48,041 bases of DNA from Vicugna vicugna (lineage: Eukaryota): NCBI GenBank assembly GCA_013265495.1, contig MU057809.1, positions 870,001-918,041 of the forward strand, in the 5' to 3' direction. Positions 1 through 11,930 of the stretch are shown in pieces (position 1 is the stretch's first letter; every line of letters begins with the position of its first letter). Under the pieces are notes generated by a model, which was given only the letters and a program-made list of their open reading frames with translations, had not been told where the DNA came from and searched no databases. Made by a program: the position numbers and the translations under genes.

Positions 1-564
1 GATGTTGAGCTCAGGGAGGGGGATTTGGAGACCACTGCTCCGCAGGGACGGGCAGACCCCAGAGCACCTCTGAGCTGGGAGCGGGGGGAACGGCACCAGA
101 GGACGGGACCAGGCCCGGAGCACTGCCCGGGACCCAGCAGGCTGGGGGGGGCCAGCAGTGGCTTCTGGACGGGACGGACGGTGGACGCACAGCCCCGGGA
201 AGGCGGCGGGAAGTGCAGACGCCTGCGGGGAAGCACGGTCCCCACAGAGTCTCAGAAAGCCCTGCGGTCTCACCTGTGATGCTCCGCAGCCCAGGACACG
301 ATTCCGATTCACACAGCAGGTGCAGAGCCAGGAGGCACACAGGAGCCCCGAGGGCTGCGCTGCGAGATGCCTTGGTCAGTCCTGACCCGCAGCTGGGCAC
401 CGTCCCTCCCCTCGGCCCCACTGTCAGGTCTGTCACTCTCACACACGGGGTGCAGACACGTGGTGTAGACAGGGCGGCTGGGCGCTCACTTCACCCACCT
501 CACCGCCCTGCTCAGTGGACACCCCTGTCGACCCCTGCTCTTTGCACAGAAGGGACGTCTTCTG

Positions 565-3300
565 AGTGATGCAGGTTCTCACAGAAACCGCGGAGGCAGA
601 CGGCAGAGCAACAAGAGAACCGCTGACCCCGATTTGCGCATCAAACAGAGGCACCCCCAGGAAGGAGGGCAGATAGAGACGCCGTCAGACCAGGGAAAAC
701 TGAGTGTTTCCAGCTGCTGAGCTCTGAAAGAAAGGCCAGAGGACCTTCCAGCAAAGGGAACGGCACCAGAGGAGGCTGGATCTGTCAGGAACGAAGAAAG
801 AGCAGCAGGAATTCTGAACGTCCGGGTTACAAGCAGGAACTGCTTCTCCCCTTTTGTTCTTTAAAACACGACGGCAGCTGAAAGCAGTAATTACAAGCTC
901 TTACGGTGGACGTGAGAACGTCCCTGCTGCAGGGAGGGCGCGCGGGAGGCCTGGGCCACCTGAGACCCCGCCCTCCTCAGGCGGCAAGATGCTCACTGTA
1001 CGTGCGCTGTGGAGGGTCAAGTACGGACACCGTGACCCCTAGAGGAGTCACGTGAAAAATATCCGAAGATACAATTAAAGAACTAAAATGTGTCAAAGAT
1101 CAATACTGAAAAATAGTCAAATGACCTTAAAATAAGTAGAAAAGAGGAAACGGAATAAAACAGAGAGAAGGCAAACAAAAGTCATCACAGAACGGCAGGC
1201 CCAACTCCGAACGTATTTGGAAATTACACTGAACATACTGAACGTACTTCTCAAAAGACGGATCCTTACCAGGTCCACATGAGCCTTTTATTACGGGAGC
1301 TCCCAGTCTTGGCTGCCAAACAAGTCTTGAATTAAAAAAATGGAATTTTACAAAGTGTGTTCTTTGAATATAATAGAATAAAGCAAGGAATCAGTAACAG
1401 CAAACCACCCCGAAGACCCCCGGCCACTTTGAAGTCAAAAGCACACGTCTGGGCACGGCCTGAGTCACAGAGAGCCCTCCAACAGAACTCGAACAATTCT
1501 TGACCCAAACAAAAAGGAAAACCTCGCAGACTGGAATTTGCGGGGTGCAGCCCCCCCAGCTCAGACGGACACTTACAGCCCCAAACGCGTCATCAGAGAG
1601 AAGATCTCACACCTTGAGAAGCTGGACGAAGCACAGCAAGGTGCGGCCGGAGCCCCACAGGAAGCAAGCAACGAGGGGAAGAGTGAAACCCAGTAGCACC
1701 GAAGCAGAGCAACAGCCCCGAAAAGCCCACGGACCCGCAGCCAGGGCTCTGAAAGGACGGCTCCAGCGGGTCACCCTTCAGCGAAGCCGGCGAAGAGGAA
1801 AGAGCAAACACGCAAATCACCAGAGTCGGGGGGGGGGGCGCCGGCGGAGACGGTCAAACGGCTACGAGGACGACACAACTTTACGCCGCGAATCTGACAA
1901 CTCAGACATAAAGGACCGGTTCTTCAAAAAGCACAAATCATCCCAATTCACCCAGGTAAGAGAGACCGCCCGTGTTCCAGGCTCGGAGCCACAGGCCGCG
2001 GCCGAGCAAGCAGACGTTCACTCCTCGCAGCCCCACAGGCCGGCAGTCCGAGACCCAGGTGCAGGCACGCGGCTCCCGGTGGAGGCCCGACACGGGATCT
2101 CGCCGTGTGCTCACCTGGTGGGAGATGCGAAGGGCTGCGGTGAGGTCCCAGGGTCCCTCTTATAAGGGCGCTAATGCCACTCACAGGGCGCCACCCTCAT
2201 GACCTCATCACCCCGAAGGCCTCGCCCTCCTAGTGCCGTCGCATTAGGGATTAGGTTTCAACATGTGAGTTTTGGGGGGACACAAACATTAGTCCCTGCA
2301 GCTGTGACTCTTAACGACCTTCCACAAGCAAAGTACAGGCACCAAAGGTTTCACCAGGGAATCCAGCAGAACGTTCCAAGAAGAAATAACACCAATTCTG
2401 CAGAGTCTCCTGCAGAGAACAGAAGAGGATGGGACGCCTTCCAGACCATTTCATTCACTGTGCTGATGCCCCGTCAGACAAGGTCAGAGCAGGGACACTT
2501 CAGACCGACAGGCACAGAGACACAAAACTACTGACCAGATGGCCAGAGGACCCAGCAACCCACAAAAAGAAAAACATGCATAGCCAAGGGAGACGTACTT
2601 CAGGAGTGCAAGGTTGGTTCAATACTGAAACTTTCCAAAACAACCCACCAGGTTGCCTGTCTAAGGAAGCAAAAAAACAGGAGCCTATCAATGGATGCAC
2701 ACAAGCACCAGTCACCACTCTCAGCAACCACCAGCAGACGGCGCCCACGAATAACCCCCGCCGACGGCACACCCCGGTCAGAGACAGGGACCCGGGAGGA
2801 GGCCAGGCGCCGGCGCACCACCGCGACCCCACTGTCCTCCAGTCCCAGCCGACAACAGGCACGAACACGAGACCAAGGAGCGAGTGAGACCCCGACTCAC
2901 AGGTGACGTGGCTGCCAAGAATGAAAAAAGAAGCCTTCCTACGGCTGAGCGACCTCAGCGAGGTCACAGGCCACAACCCCGACACAAAAACCAGCCGTAT
3001 CTCTGAACACGAGCACAGACCAGTGGGAGCGGAAAAGATGCACACACACACTTGACGCTTAAAAAAGAAAACATTGAAACACTTCAGGGTGTTTCTAACA
3101 AGACACGCAGCTGGCGTGCGTGCTGGAAACTGTGAAACGCCGATGAAACAAATCAAAGAAAACCTAAAGCGATGGACAGACACATCGTGTTGGGCTGGAA
3201 ACACTCAGCACCTTACAGGTGCGGATTCTCCCCGAGCTGATCTACAGATTTAACGGATCCCCATAAAAATCCCTGCAGGCTTGTTGTAGACGCAGACATG
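565..3300 (+). mobile_element. Degenerate LINE-1 (old L1M type): ORF1 3' part, inter-ORF region and ORF2 fragments; interrupted by an MLT1 LTR
   Basis: Recognisable L1 consensus remnants, e.g. tcttgaattaaaaaaatggaattttacaaagtgtgttctttgaatataatagaataaag (~1327), caggagtgcaaggttggttcaatact (~2601), gatgaaacaaatcaaagaaaacctaaagcgatggacagacacatc (~3143) and tgatctacagatttaac (~3238). No intact ORF. Boundaries approximate. Confidence 0.85.
1972..2301 (-). mobile_element. MaLR solo LTR, MLT1A-like
   Basis: tcttataagggcgctaatgccactcacagggcgccaccctcatgacctcatcacc...ttagggattaggtttcaacatgtgagttttggggggacacaaacattagtcc matches the reverse complement of the MLT1A start as I recall it. Confidence 0.85.
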
Positions 3301-4769
3301 TGAGGGGCCCAGAGCCAGCGGGACTGGGGCCGTGGTGGGGAGCGGTTAGGCTCCTGCCAACCAAGGGCCGCGGCTCTGGTCCAAAGCCCAGGACACCTGT
3401 GACAAGCTATCCTTCCTATCAGGGGGCTGTCACCTGAGGCTGGGCAGCCGCTCCCGCCCTCCATCCCCACAGCCAGAGCAGCTCTGTACGGCAGACACCA
3501 AGCCTGGATGTCCAATTTAGGACGGGCACTCTCTGCTTCTGGTCTGGCCTTTATCCTGGCTTATAGTCCAGTGACGCCTCACCCACCCCCATGACCCTCT
3601 GCAGCCCCACACGAAGGCCAGTCTGTGTCCACAGCGACAGGAATCCCATTGGGATCACCAGAGGCCCTCATGTATGCTGTTGGAGACCTGAGATGTTTAC
3701 CCACGGTCCCACAGTCTGTGCTGACCCGCTGACTCCGGGTGCCCCAAGGCAGGGGTCGCCGTATCTGCCTCTGCACCGCCTCAGCTGCTCGGCCGGGGCC
3801 CAGACGCCAGCAAGCCAGGCTGCTCCCCGCAACACCAGCTCTCGCAGCCAGGGGCCCAGGGTGGGGGGCAGGTTGGCCGGCGAGGTCCACAGTGGACGCT
3901 GGGTGGTGTCGTGGGCGGGGCCTCTGCCGGTGCCCCACCCTCCAGCCCCGTCTTTGGGTTATCGGAGACCCTGGTCAGGGGCCCCCATGTGCCAACACTT
4001 CTGCAGCTGGAGAGGGGTCACAGGTCGGAGCCCAGCAGCCTGGCCCTGTGGCGGGAGGCCTGGGAGGGAGTCTGCTCACACCCGGAGCTTTTCAGGCAGA
4101 AATAAATTCGGCCTCCAGAGAGACCGACATCTCATCACTGCACTCAGTCCACGAGCTAGCTGCCATTCCGCTAGGACAGCGCCGCTGCCATCCAGCCCCG
4201 GGTGCTTGAGAGCCACCAGCCAGGCACCTGGCCGTCTCAAGGCCGCCAGGCCGAGGCTGCTGCCCCAGCTGGCGCTGACCCTGGGCTGCGAGGAGCGAGC
4301 AGGCGCTGGGATCCGGCACCTGCCAGCACTTGGAGCCTCGGCCGCCGCACTCGGGGGGAGCACGCGGCAGGCCTGAGGTCAGAGGGCTGCAGAGTTTCAG
4401 CGAAGAGCAGACACGAGGCCATGATGACCACAGGCTGCAACCTGGTGGCGGCTCTTGGGGCTCCACTGCCCGTGTAGGGACACTCCCCCGAGGATCCTGG
4501 AGACCCACCCTGGCCCTCCTCCGCTCGGCGCCCACAAGGAGGGGCCTGCCCACGTCGGGTCGGCCACCAGCCACTGGCTGCAGCCCCAGCCCCTCTTGGC
4601 CCCGGGCACCCTCCACCCCGCGGCCCCGGCCCCGCTCCGTCCACGCCGGCGAGATCTTCTCTTGGCAGTCGCGCGGTTTGAGCGCTCACACGTGGTCTAG
4701 AGCCCACTTCGGGCCGACCTCCGTGAGCCGGGCGAGCTAGCGGCCGAGGAGTTCTGGGGTTTGGCAGGT

Positions 4770-5090
4770 GAACACCCTCAGGCCCCTGACGTTTGCGGGG
4801 ACGACCGTCCTTCCTCCGTTTAGCTGCTTGGGCACTTTGTCAGCTGGCTCCAGAGACGCGGACGCTGCTGTGCACCTCTGACCCACGTGTTTACCTTTAC
4901 GTCCAAGTCGCACTGTGCTGATTAGCGTATCTCCGTAGCGTCTGAGACCAGGGAGTGTAAGCCCTGCGACTTTGGTTTTTTCAGAAACGTTGTCGACTCC
5001 TGGTTGTACGAATTCACGTGCAGAGTTTAGAGCCGACCTGTCACTCCTCACGGGCAGTGAAGCCTCTGTGGCACGGCGCTCGCCGGCCTC
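4770..5090 (-). mobile_element. Degenerate LINE-1 ORF2 C-terminal fragment
   Basis: Minus-strand translation KTKVAGLTLPGLRRYGDTLISTVRLG resembles L1 ORF2 [27 protein letters not shown]. Confidence 0.75.
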
Positions 5091-8000
5091 CCGTGGGCCT
5101 CGTTTCAGAGCATCCAGCTGTGGGACGACAGCATCTCTCACACCCCTCAGGTCCTCTCCTCCTCAGGGCCAACGAGTCCACCTCAGCCAGCCTGTTCCCT
5201 TGGTGTTAAGTCCGCTCCTCGAGGAATCACGAATGCCCTGCGACCACGGGAGTGAGCGCTGCCCTCCGGCCCCGCTGCACGCACCTCCCAGGACCCCGCC
5301 GGGATCCGAACCATGACGGCTGTGCAGGCTGCAGAGCTGGGCTGAGCTGTGTGGCTGTCTCCTGCTGCCTCTTGGTCTCCCCGGGGCAGATGCTTGGGTC
5401 TCTGCTCGCACCTGCTTTTCCACGTTCCCGCCACGAGCGTGGCCGGACCTCTGCTCACAGCCCCCGCCGGAGCCTCCTGATCTCCGACCTCCATAGTGGC
5501 GGGAGATCTAAAACACAACGTGTGAGTTGAGCGCCCAGGGCAGGGGCGGGGTGGCAGCTCTGTGACCGGGGCAGCAGGCCCAGGGACGCATGGCCTGCAG
5601 CTGTGGGAGGCCGGGTCCACACCGCCTCCGAGACTCTGGATGTGCTGCATTCTGACGACTCCCCTGCCCGAGGGAGGCCCGGAGCTTCGAGCAGCCCCCG
5701 CCTGCGCGCTGCTCCCAAGGCTGCTGTCCCAGGCACTCCTGGGTCTCGGGCTCCCTGCTCTGTCTGCTCTCCGGGCCGCCCCCTCATTCTACGGGGGCAC
5801 AGCCTCTGCTGGCCTCGGAGAAGGGGCATGCAGGAGGTCAGTGTTCTCCGATTGTGACATGGGGACGTGGGGCTGCTCAGGTCTGGGTGCCAGGCTGGAG
5901 CTGCCGTCGGCTCCTCTGGGGACGTGGGGGCACCGGCCGCCCGCGCCTCCCAGCTTCCCGGGCTGCTGCTGGGCCCTGGCCTACTTTTCCTGCAGTGTGG
6001 CTTCCCCTTTGTCCTGGGAAACACCCTTAGCTGGTGCCGCGTGGCCTGACCCCCGGCCTCTCCCAGAGCCCCCGTGACTCGGACCCCCGGCTGCTCCGCG
6101 GATGTCCTTGCCCTGAGTCTCCTGCCGCCATCGCACTCTTTTCGTTCTACTCTTCAGATAAACTCCTCAGTTTCATCTTACAAGTCTTCTACTTAGATTT
6201 CCCTTTCAGTTTGGATGTTTTTAACTCTCAGAAGTTCGTTATTTTTCATTTTGAAGAATTTAAAGCCTCTTGTTCACATTCTGCTGGTCTCTCTGAGAAT
6301 AGTGTTCGGAGGTTTTCTTCACTCGACAGCCTGCTCCCTGCAGGGCACCCATCCACTGGCCTGCCCCGTGCCATCTTCCTGCGCCTGCCGACCCCGTCAC
6401 CTCCGCACAACTCGCAGTGGGCTCCCTCGGCCTGCCAGCTGAGGGCCGCCGTGGAGTGACCTGGCAGACTCTACTGGGGCCTCTGGAGTCAGTGCCTTTG
6501 GGTCTCCCCAGGCTGGTGAGGTCCCCCGAGGGTCAGGCCAGCTGCCGGCCTCCCAGAGCTTGGAAGGAGGGGGTGACGGTGGGGTGGGCAGGGGTGTCTC
6601 AGCACCCACCCGCCTCAACCCTCTGCCCCGCCCGTTCGCGGCTCTTGTGAGGACCGGTGCCCTGTCCAGGGAGCCTCTCCACCAGAGCAAGGGTTCACAC
6701 ACATGGGGGCGCACCCGGGCCCCCGCAGGCGCTGTGACCCGGCAGGTGTGAGATGGAGCCCAAGGACCTGCACTTCCAACACGTTCCCGCGGAGGCTGCT
6801 GCCGGCCCGGAGAAGAAACTGCTGCGTTTCTGACTCCATGTTTCACTTTCGCTGGGAAGCAGGCAGCGGCCCGCTGCGTAGAGCTGGCTGAAGGTCTGGG
6901 ATCTGCCTGCCTCTTAATTACACTCTCACGCAAGCACCTTAATCCTCCGCAGCTCTGCCGGTCACTCCCCGCCCCCAGCGCGCGTGCTGCCGATTCTGGG
7001 CCTTTGGGAAGTTCTGTGGCATAGACCCCACTGCAGCTAAGGAGCGTGCCGCTTCCCCGGGTCTGCTCACCACTAGGCCCCCGCCTCCGCCCCGACTCTC
7101 CGGGTTCCGGGCTCTGCCGCCGTCTCCCCCCGCGGGGTCTCAGAGGACGCAGGGCAGCTGCGCAGGTTTAGTCGCCATCACTGCCTGGACACCACGGCCT
7201 CGCATCTGCGTCCTTCTCACCCTCACCTCCTCCAGCTGCTGGCCACCGCGCGGCCCCATCTGGCCTGGGCCCTGTCTTCCTGGCAACCGGGGCCTGACTT
7301 GTGCTCCAAGGTCCCTTTGGGAAGCCTCTTAACCTCCCCACCCATGTGACACTGAAGCAAGAGGCCGTGGGCTCCTGTCAGGTGGCCCCTGTGAGACTGA
7401 GCAGCTCTGTCCCCACGACCCAGCGCAGCGACCACTGGACGTTAGGAGCGGGACAGGCCTTGTCTGGTAAACGAGCTGTCGTTATGAGACGAGACAGACC
7501 CTTTCACGGGGTAAAGAGACACCTCAAGGGGCCCACGTCTGCATTGCCAGCTCTCGAATGTGTCAAGGACACATGGGCAGCTTGGGACGATGCAGAGGGC
7601 CTGGCTGGAAGGATCTCGGGGAGGAAACTGGAAACCACAGTGGGGCTGCACACTTGCAGAGGGGTCTCGTCAGAGGCCTCTCCCAGCTTTCACGGGGGCG
7701 CGGGGGACTCCAGCTGGCCAGTTGGAAGCCCACTCCTAGGCCACAGGGACATTCCTCTCATGGCAGTCTTTGTGGCTGAGCTGGGATTTGGCCGCAGGGC
7801 CCCCAAGGTGGCGGCAGGGCAGCCAGCGTGGTCAGTCTGACTGGCACGGGGATGGGAGTGGATGCCGGCCTGCTTTGTGGGCCAGGATTCCAGGGCCTTC
7901 GCTTTCGGCTGATGCCTGTGAAAACTGCAAAGTGAGGAGGCGGCAAGAGTAAAAGCAGGAGGACCCCCCGAACGGGCGAGGGCGGCAGGCTGGGGTCCTG

Positions 8001-9408
8001 AGCTCCGGCAGCAACGGTCTCTGCTCCAGCCTGGTGGGAGGGAGCAGCCTGGGACGGGGGAGTGCTGCTCCAGCACGCGGTCCAGCTCCCACCGGGTCTG
8101 GACGCTCTGGTCTGCACAGAGTCAGCCATGGTCACTGCAAGTCCTGCACTGAGCGTCTCAGCTTCCTTCTGGCGACAGCGGGGAGAGGCCAGTGCGAGGC
8201 GTGAGCCGGCGTGTGCTTGCGTGTGCACAGAGAGGCCTGCTCCTCACAAAATACACCTGTGCTCACTGTCCATAAACGAAGGGAGGCTGGCGAACCCCAC
8301 CAGACTCCGCGCTGAGCCCCAATGGCGCATGAACCCCACCTCGCAGAGGACACTGGGCCGAGGGTCCAGGGACCATGACGTGCTCAGGATGCCATGAGAA
8401 CCAGGGACAAGGCCTAGAAGGGAGGGAACAGCACTGAGCAGTGGGGACAGGGCACTGGCTCTGAACCTGCCCCATTGGGCCCTGGAGGCTCAGCCGCCGC
8501 GGGATGCTGGGCTCAGTGTGCATTTGAGCCCCTGCAGCGGTGAGGCACCGGTGTGGGGAGGCGGGGGGGAGGGTACTCAAAACTCAGGCCCGGCTGACCC
8601 GGAGCCCTCGACCTCGGAGACCCTGGGCCTCCGCAGGCTAGGCGCTGGGCGAGGCCGCCCACCACCACGATCGTGGGGGGCAGTGATCGCTGACCTTGGG
8701 CACGTTGAGAAAAGCTGGTTGTACGTGAGGTGGACAGTGGAAGCAAGTGGGCTGGTGGGGGTGGGGGTCCTGCATCCAAGACCCCGACAGAGGAGCAATG
8801 TAGGGACACACTGTCCAGATGAGGGTCGTCACAGGTGAGGAAGGGACGTGAGGCGAGGGCCCCACACGCTTTCCAACCAGCCTCCAGGGGGCACACACCT
8901 GTCACCTTCGCGGGGAGACAAACACACGAGAAGGACGTGGGAAAGGGCTTCACGGAGGAAAAGCCGCCCCCAGACGTGCACGAGGGGAGTGCGGAGAGAA
9001 CAGCCTCCCGGCCCTCCAGGCGCAGGTGCGCACAGACACCACCAGGGGAGGAGGGCCGTCAGCAGACCCCAGGGCCTCGGGGCGCTAGGGCCTCGCTCTG
9101 GGAAGGGCCAGGGCGCCTCCCCCAGGCCGCCAGAGGCCCAGAGAGGCAGCAGCGCCAGGCGACCTGCGACAGCAGAGACTGGCTACAGGCGCCCCTCTGC
9201 CCAACCCGTGGGGCCGGACTGGGTCACCCCTGGGAAAACTGAGCCCCCAAAGGGTCCCCTCCTTGGCACAGATGGGCTGCCTCCTGTGCATGTGCAGCCT
9301 GGACACCCCCAGGGCAGGACTTGTGACCGAGGCGTGGACAGGCTCCAGCGGTCACTGTCCTGCTGGAACGACGAGCCGCGGCCTAGAAAAGGCAGCTTCC
9401 CGAGGCCT

Positions 9409-9494
9409 CGCTCACTGACCCACCCACTGCGCCTCCCCCACCGCGGGCGCGCTCACTGACCCACCCACTGTGCCTCCACCACCGCGGGCGCGCT
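9409..9494. repeat. 41-bp tandem duplication (2.1 copies)
   Basis: cgctcactgacccacccactg(c/t)gcctcc(c/a)ccaccgcgggcg at 9409 and 9450, with 2 mismatches. Confidence 0.95.
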
Positions 9495-9757
9495 GGGTCC
9501 GAGAAACGTACTTAGACGGTGAAAGATGGTCCCTGCTCGCACGGAGTGCTGGGTTCACTTGTGATTAATGGGACGCAGATACACTGATAAATGATATTCA
9601 TTTGCTTTAGGCTCGGAGGAGATTCCAGCCACTTGCTCCCGCACTGAGCTGTCTGCAGGCCTGGACATCACACGCCTGCCCATCCCCCAGGGTAGACCGG
9701 TCCCAGGCCCACCCATGGCCTGGCTGCCGCACGGACGGGCTGGATGGGCGGATAGAT

Positions 9758-9782
9758 GGACAGGACAGGACAGGACAGGACA
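9758..9782. repeat. (GGACA)5 pentanucleotide microsatellite
   Basis: Read directly; about 15 nt into the intron from the 208-nt exon donor. Confidence 0.95.
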
Positions 9783-9797
9783 AGGGCGGGGGCCTAC

Positions 9798-10005
9798 CTG
9801 CCACCTCCTTGGACGAGGGCAGGCCCGCGGCGGCCTCCAGGTCTGCGGGGACAGGGCCGCCTCGCTCCAGGGCGCGGACCAGCTCCCGCAGCCGCTCGCA
9901 CTCGTCCTGCAGCTGCTGCCGGCCCTCGTGGAGCTGCTGCCTGGCCGCGCGGGCCGGGTTCAGGCGCAGGTGCAGCACCTTGGTTCTGCTCTGGTCGTAG
10001 TCACC
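9798..10005 (-). CDS. MAD1L1: MAD1L1 internal coding exon (equivalent to human exon 17) carrying the MAD2-interaction motif
   Basis: Acceptor ctggtcctgcag|GGTGAC, donor GTGGCAG|gtaggc. 208 nt encoding [69 protein letters not shown] plus G, clearly homologous to human [17 protein letters not shown]...LPSSKEVAE. Confidence 0.97.
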
Positions 10006-11910
10006 CTGCAGGACCAGAGGCAGGAGGTCAGCGCGGCTCGGCCTAGAGGAAGAGGCTTCTGTGATCACGACAGAAACCCTGGACACCCTCATCTGGTGCC
10101 TCTAGGCCTGGCTTCCACCTTGAGGCCCAGCTCTGCGGCCCTGAGGACTCCCACCAGCCTGGGGGTTCCCATCTTTCCCCCTTGTCCTCTGGGATCTGCT
10201 GAGAGCAGCCCTGCTTGGCAGCCAGCATGGAGGCCGTGTCTACATGATCTGTGGGAAGCTCCCCTGGGGGATCCCCCCTCCCCCCAGTCTGGCCGGTGGC
10301 TCCCGAGGGCAGGCACGGGGTCGGGTTTCTCCAGACCCCTGGGCCCTGCATCCTGGCCAGGAGGGACACAGGTGGGGTCGAAGGCCTCTGGAAATCCAAG
10401 CAAGAGCCTGGCCTCTCTGTCCACCAGCTCCTGGGGCCTCCCTGATGAGGAGGGGCCACCGCAGGTCAAGGGCTGAGCAGGGCCTGAGCCCTGCGCCAGG
10501 GGAAGGTCTGAGGGCCGGCAGGGGATGCCTGATGTGTCCCTCCCACCAGGCACCGAGAGAAAGAGAGAGGGGGAGACAGAGCAACGTCCCCCGAGCTGCT
10601 GGCCTGGGACCCCGGCCTGCCTCCCAGCACGGGACGCTGAGCCAGCTGAGGGGACGTGGTCCTTCCAGCTCCGACCCAGAGCCCCTCCTTGACAACCCAC
10701 CTGCCCACTGTGGTGACTCCAGCCCACACAGCTCTCCCCTCTTCCAGGGGAGCGGCGGAAACTGCGTCTTTTACTCTGATGGTCGAATCCTCCCAAGAGA
10801 GGCTGGATATGGACACCTCTGTTCACGTGCAGTCCCAGCCCAAGAGCCTACGCTGCGGGGACGCTGTCCCTCCACGTCACTGGAGATCGGCGTGGCCACT
10901 ACCTGCCAGCCCTCGGCCAGCCACCAGCTCAGAGCCCACAGCCAGAAGGTGCCCCCAAGAGGGAGGGAGGGGAGTGTGGAGAGGCCCACGGGGCAGAGAG
11001 AGGGTGGGAGATGGGGAGGAGCCGGGCAGGCCCAGCCAAAGGCCGAGGGCTGGCAGCTGGCTCTTCACGGGTTTCTGAGAACCTTGTAAAACCTCAAAGG
11101 ATGAGGAGACATCCTGTAACTTCGAGAGAACCACAGGCTGTTGGGGCCGAAGGCACCGTTCTTTCATCCAGCTTTAACAGTCTGGAGACACAACCAGGCG
11201 TGGGAAGTCCACGCACCCTGAGTCTGCCACGGCCTCCGCGGGCTGGAAGGGTCCCGGGGTGATGCCAGACTCGCACCCTGGGTCTCGGGCCAGGAGGCAG
11301 CAGGGAGAGGACAGACAGACAACCTCTGCAAAGGGCCAGAGAGCAGACGTGTCAGGCGCTACCGGCCACACCGTCTCTGTTCTGACGGGTTGGCCAGTGG
11401 GGGACCGAGGACGGAGTGTGCTGGGCGCCGTGGACACAGCCCCACCCACACAGCGCCCTCCCAGGTCCCCACGCTGCTTTTCATCCGACCTGGTTTCAAC
11501 CCTCTGAACGTGTAACAACAGAACCAGGTGGACAGACCACGTCCCTGGGCCACCTCCCTCTGCCCTCCTCTTGGGCCACAGAGCAGAGGCTCTCCAGGTT
11601 CGGGTCTGGCTGTGCTGACACTGGTATCACCCCCCGCCTCCCAGGACTCACCTGCCGACGCCCCAGGAGGGCCCGTGCAGGGAGCTGGACGCACAGCCTG
11701 ACCCTGAGGTCACCGGGGTGCCCTGGACAAGTGCGGGCCTTACCAGGCCTCAGGGTCCTCCCGCCAAGCAGGCGTGGGGAGACGGGGGGAGTCTGGACGG
11801 CAGGGCCCAGGGGCAGGAAACAGAGCCTCCGCTCCCACGCGGACCGTGGTCCCCTTGATGAGAATGTAAGAAAGGAAACGCTTCGGACGGTTAGAGGGCT
11901 TAGGGCTTAA

Positions 11911-11930
11911 CCAAACCAAACCAAACCAAA
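11911..11930. repeat. (CCAAA)4 microsatellite
   Basis: Read directly. Confidence 0.9.

Noticed and set aside
6130..6330. T-rich patch as a regulatory or RNA element
   Set aside because: Looks like a very decayed reversed L1 fragment; too diverged to call either way.
9607..10092. ORF-track proteins 9607-10092, 27820-28425 and 43626-44384 as standalone genes
   Set aside because: Only the exon-sized cores match MAD1; the extensions run past canonical splice sites into intron.
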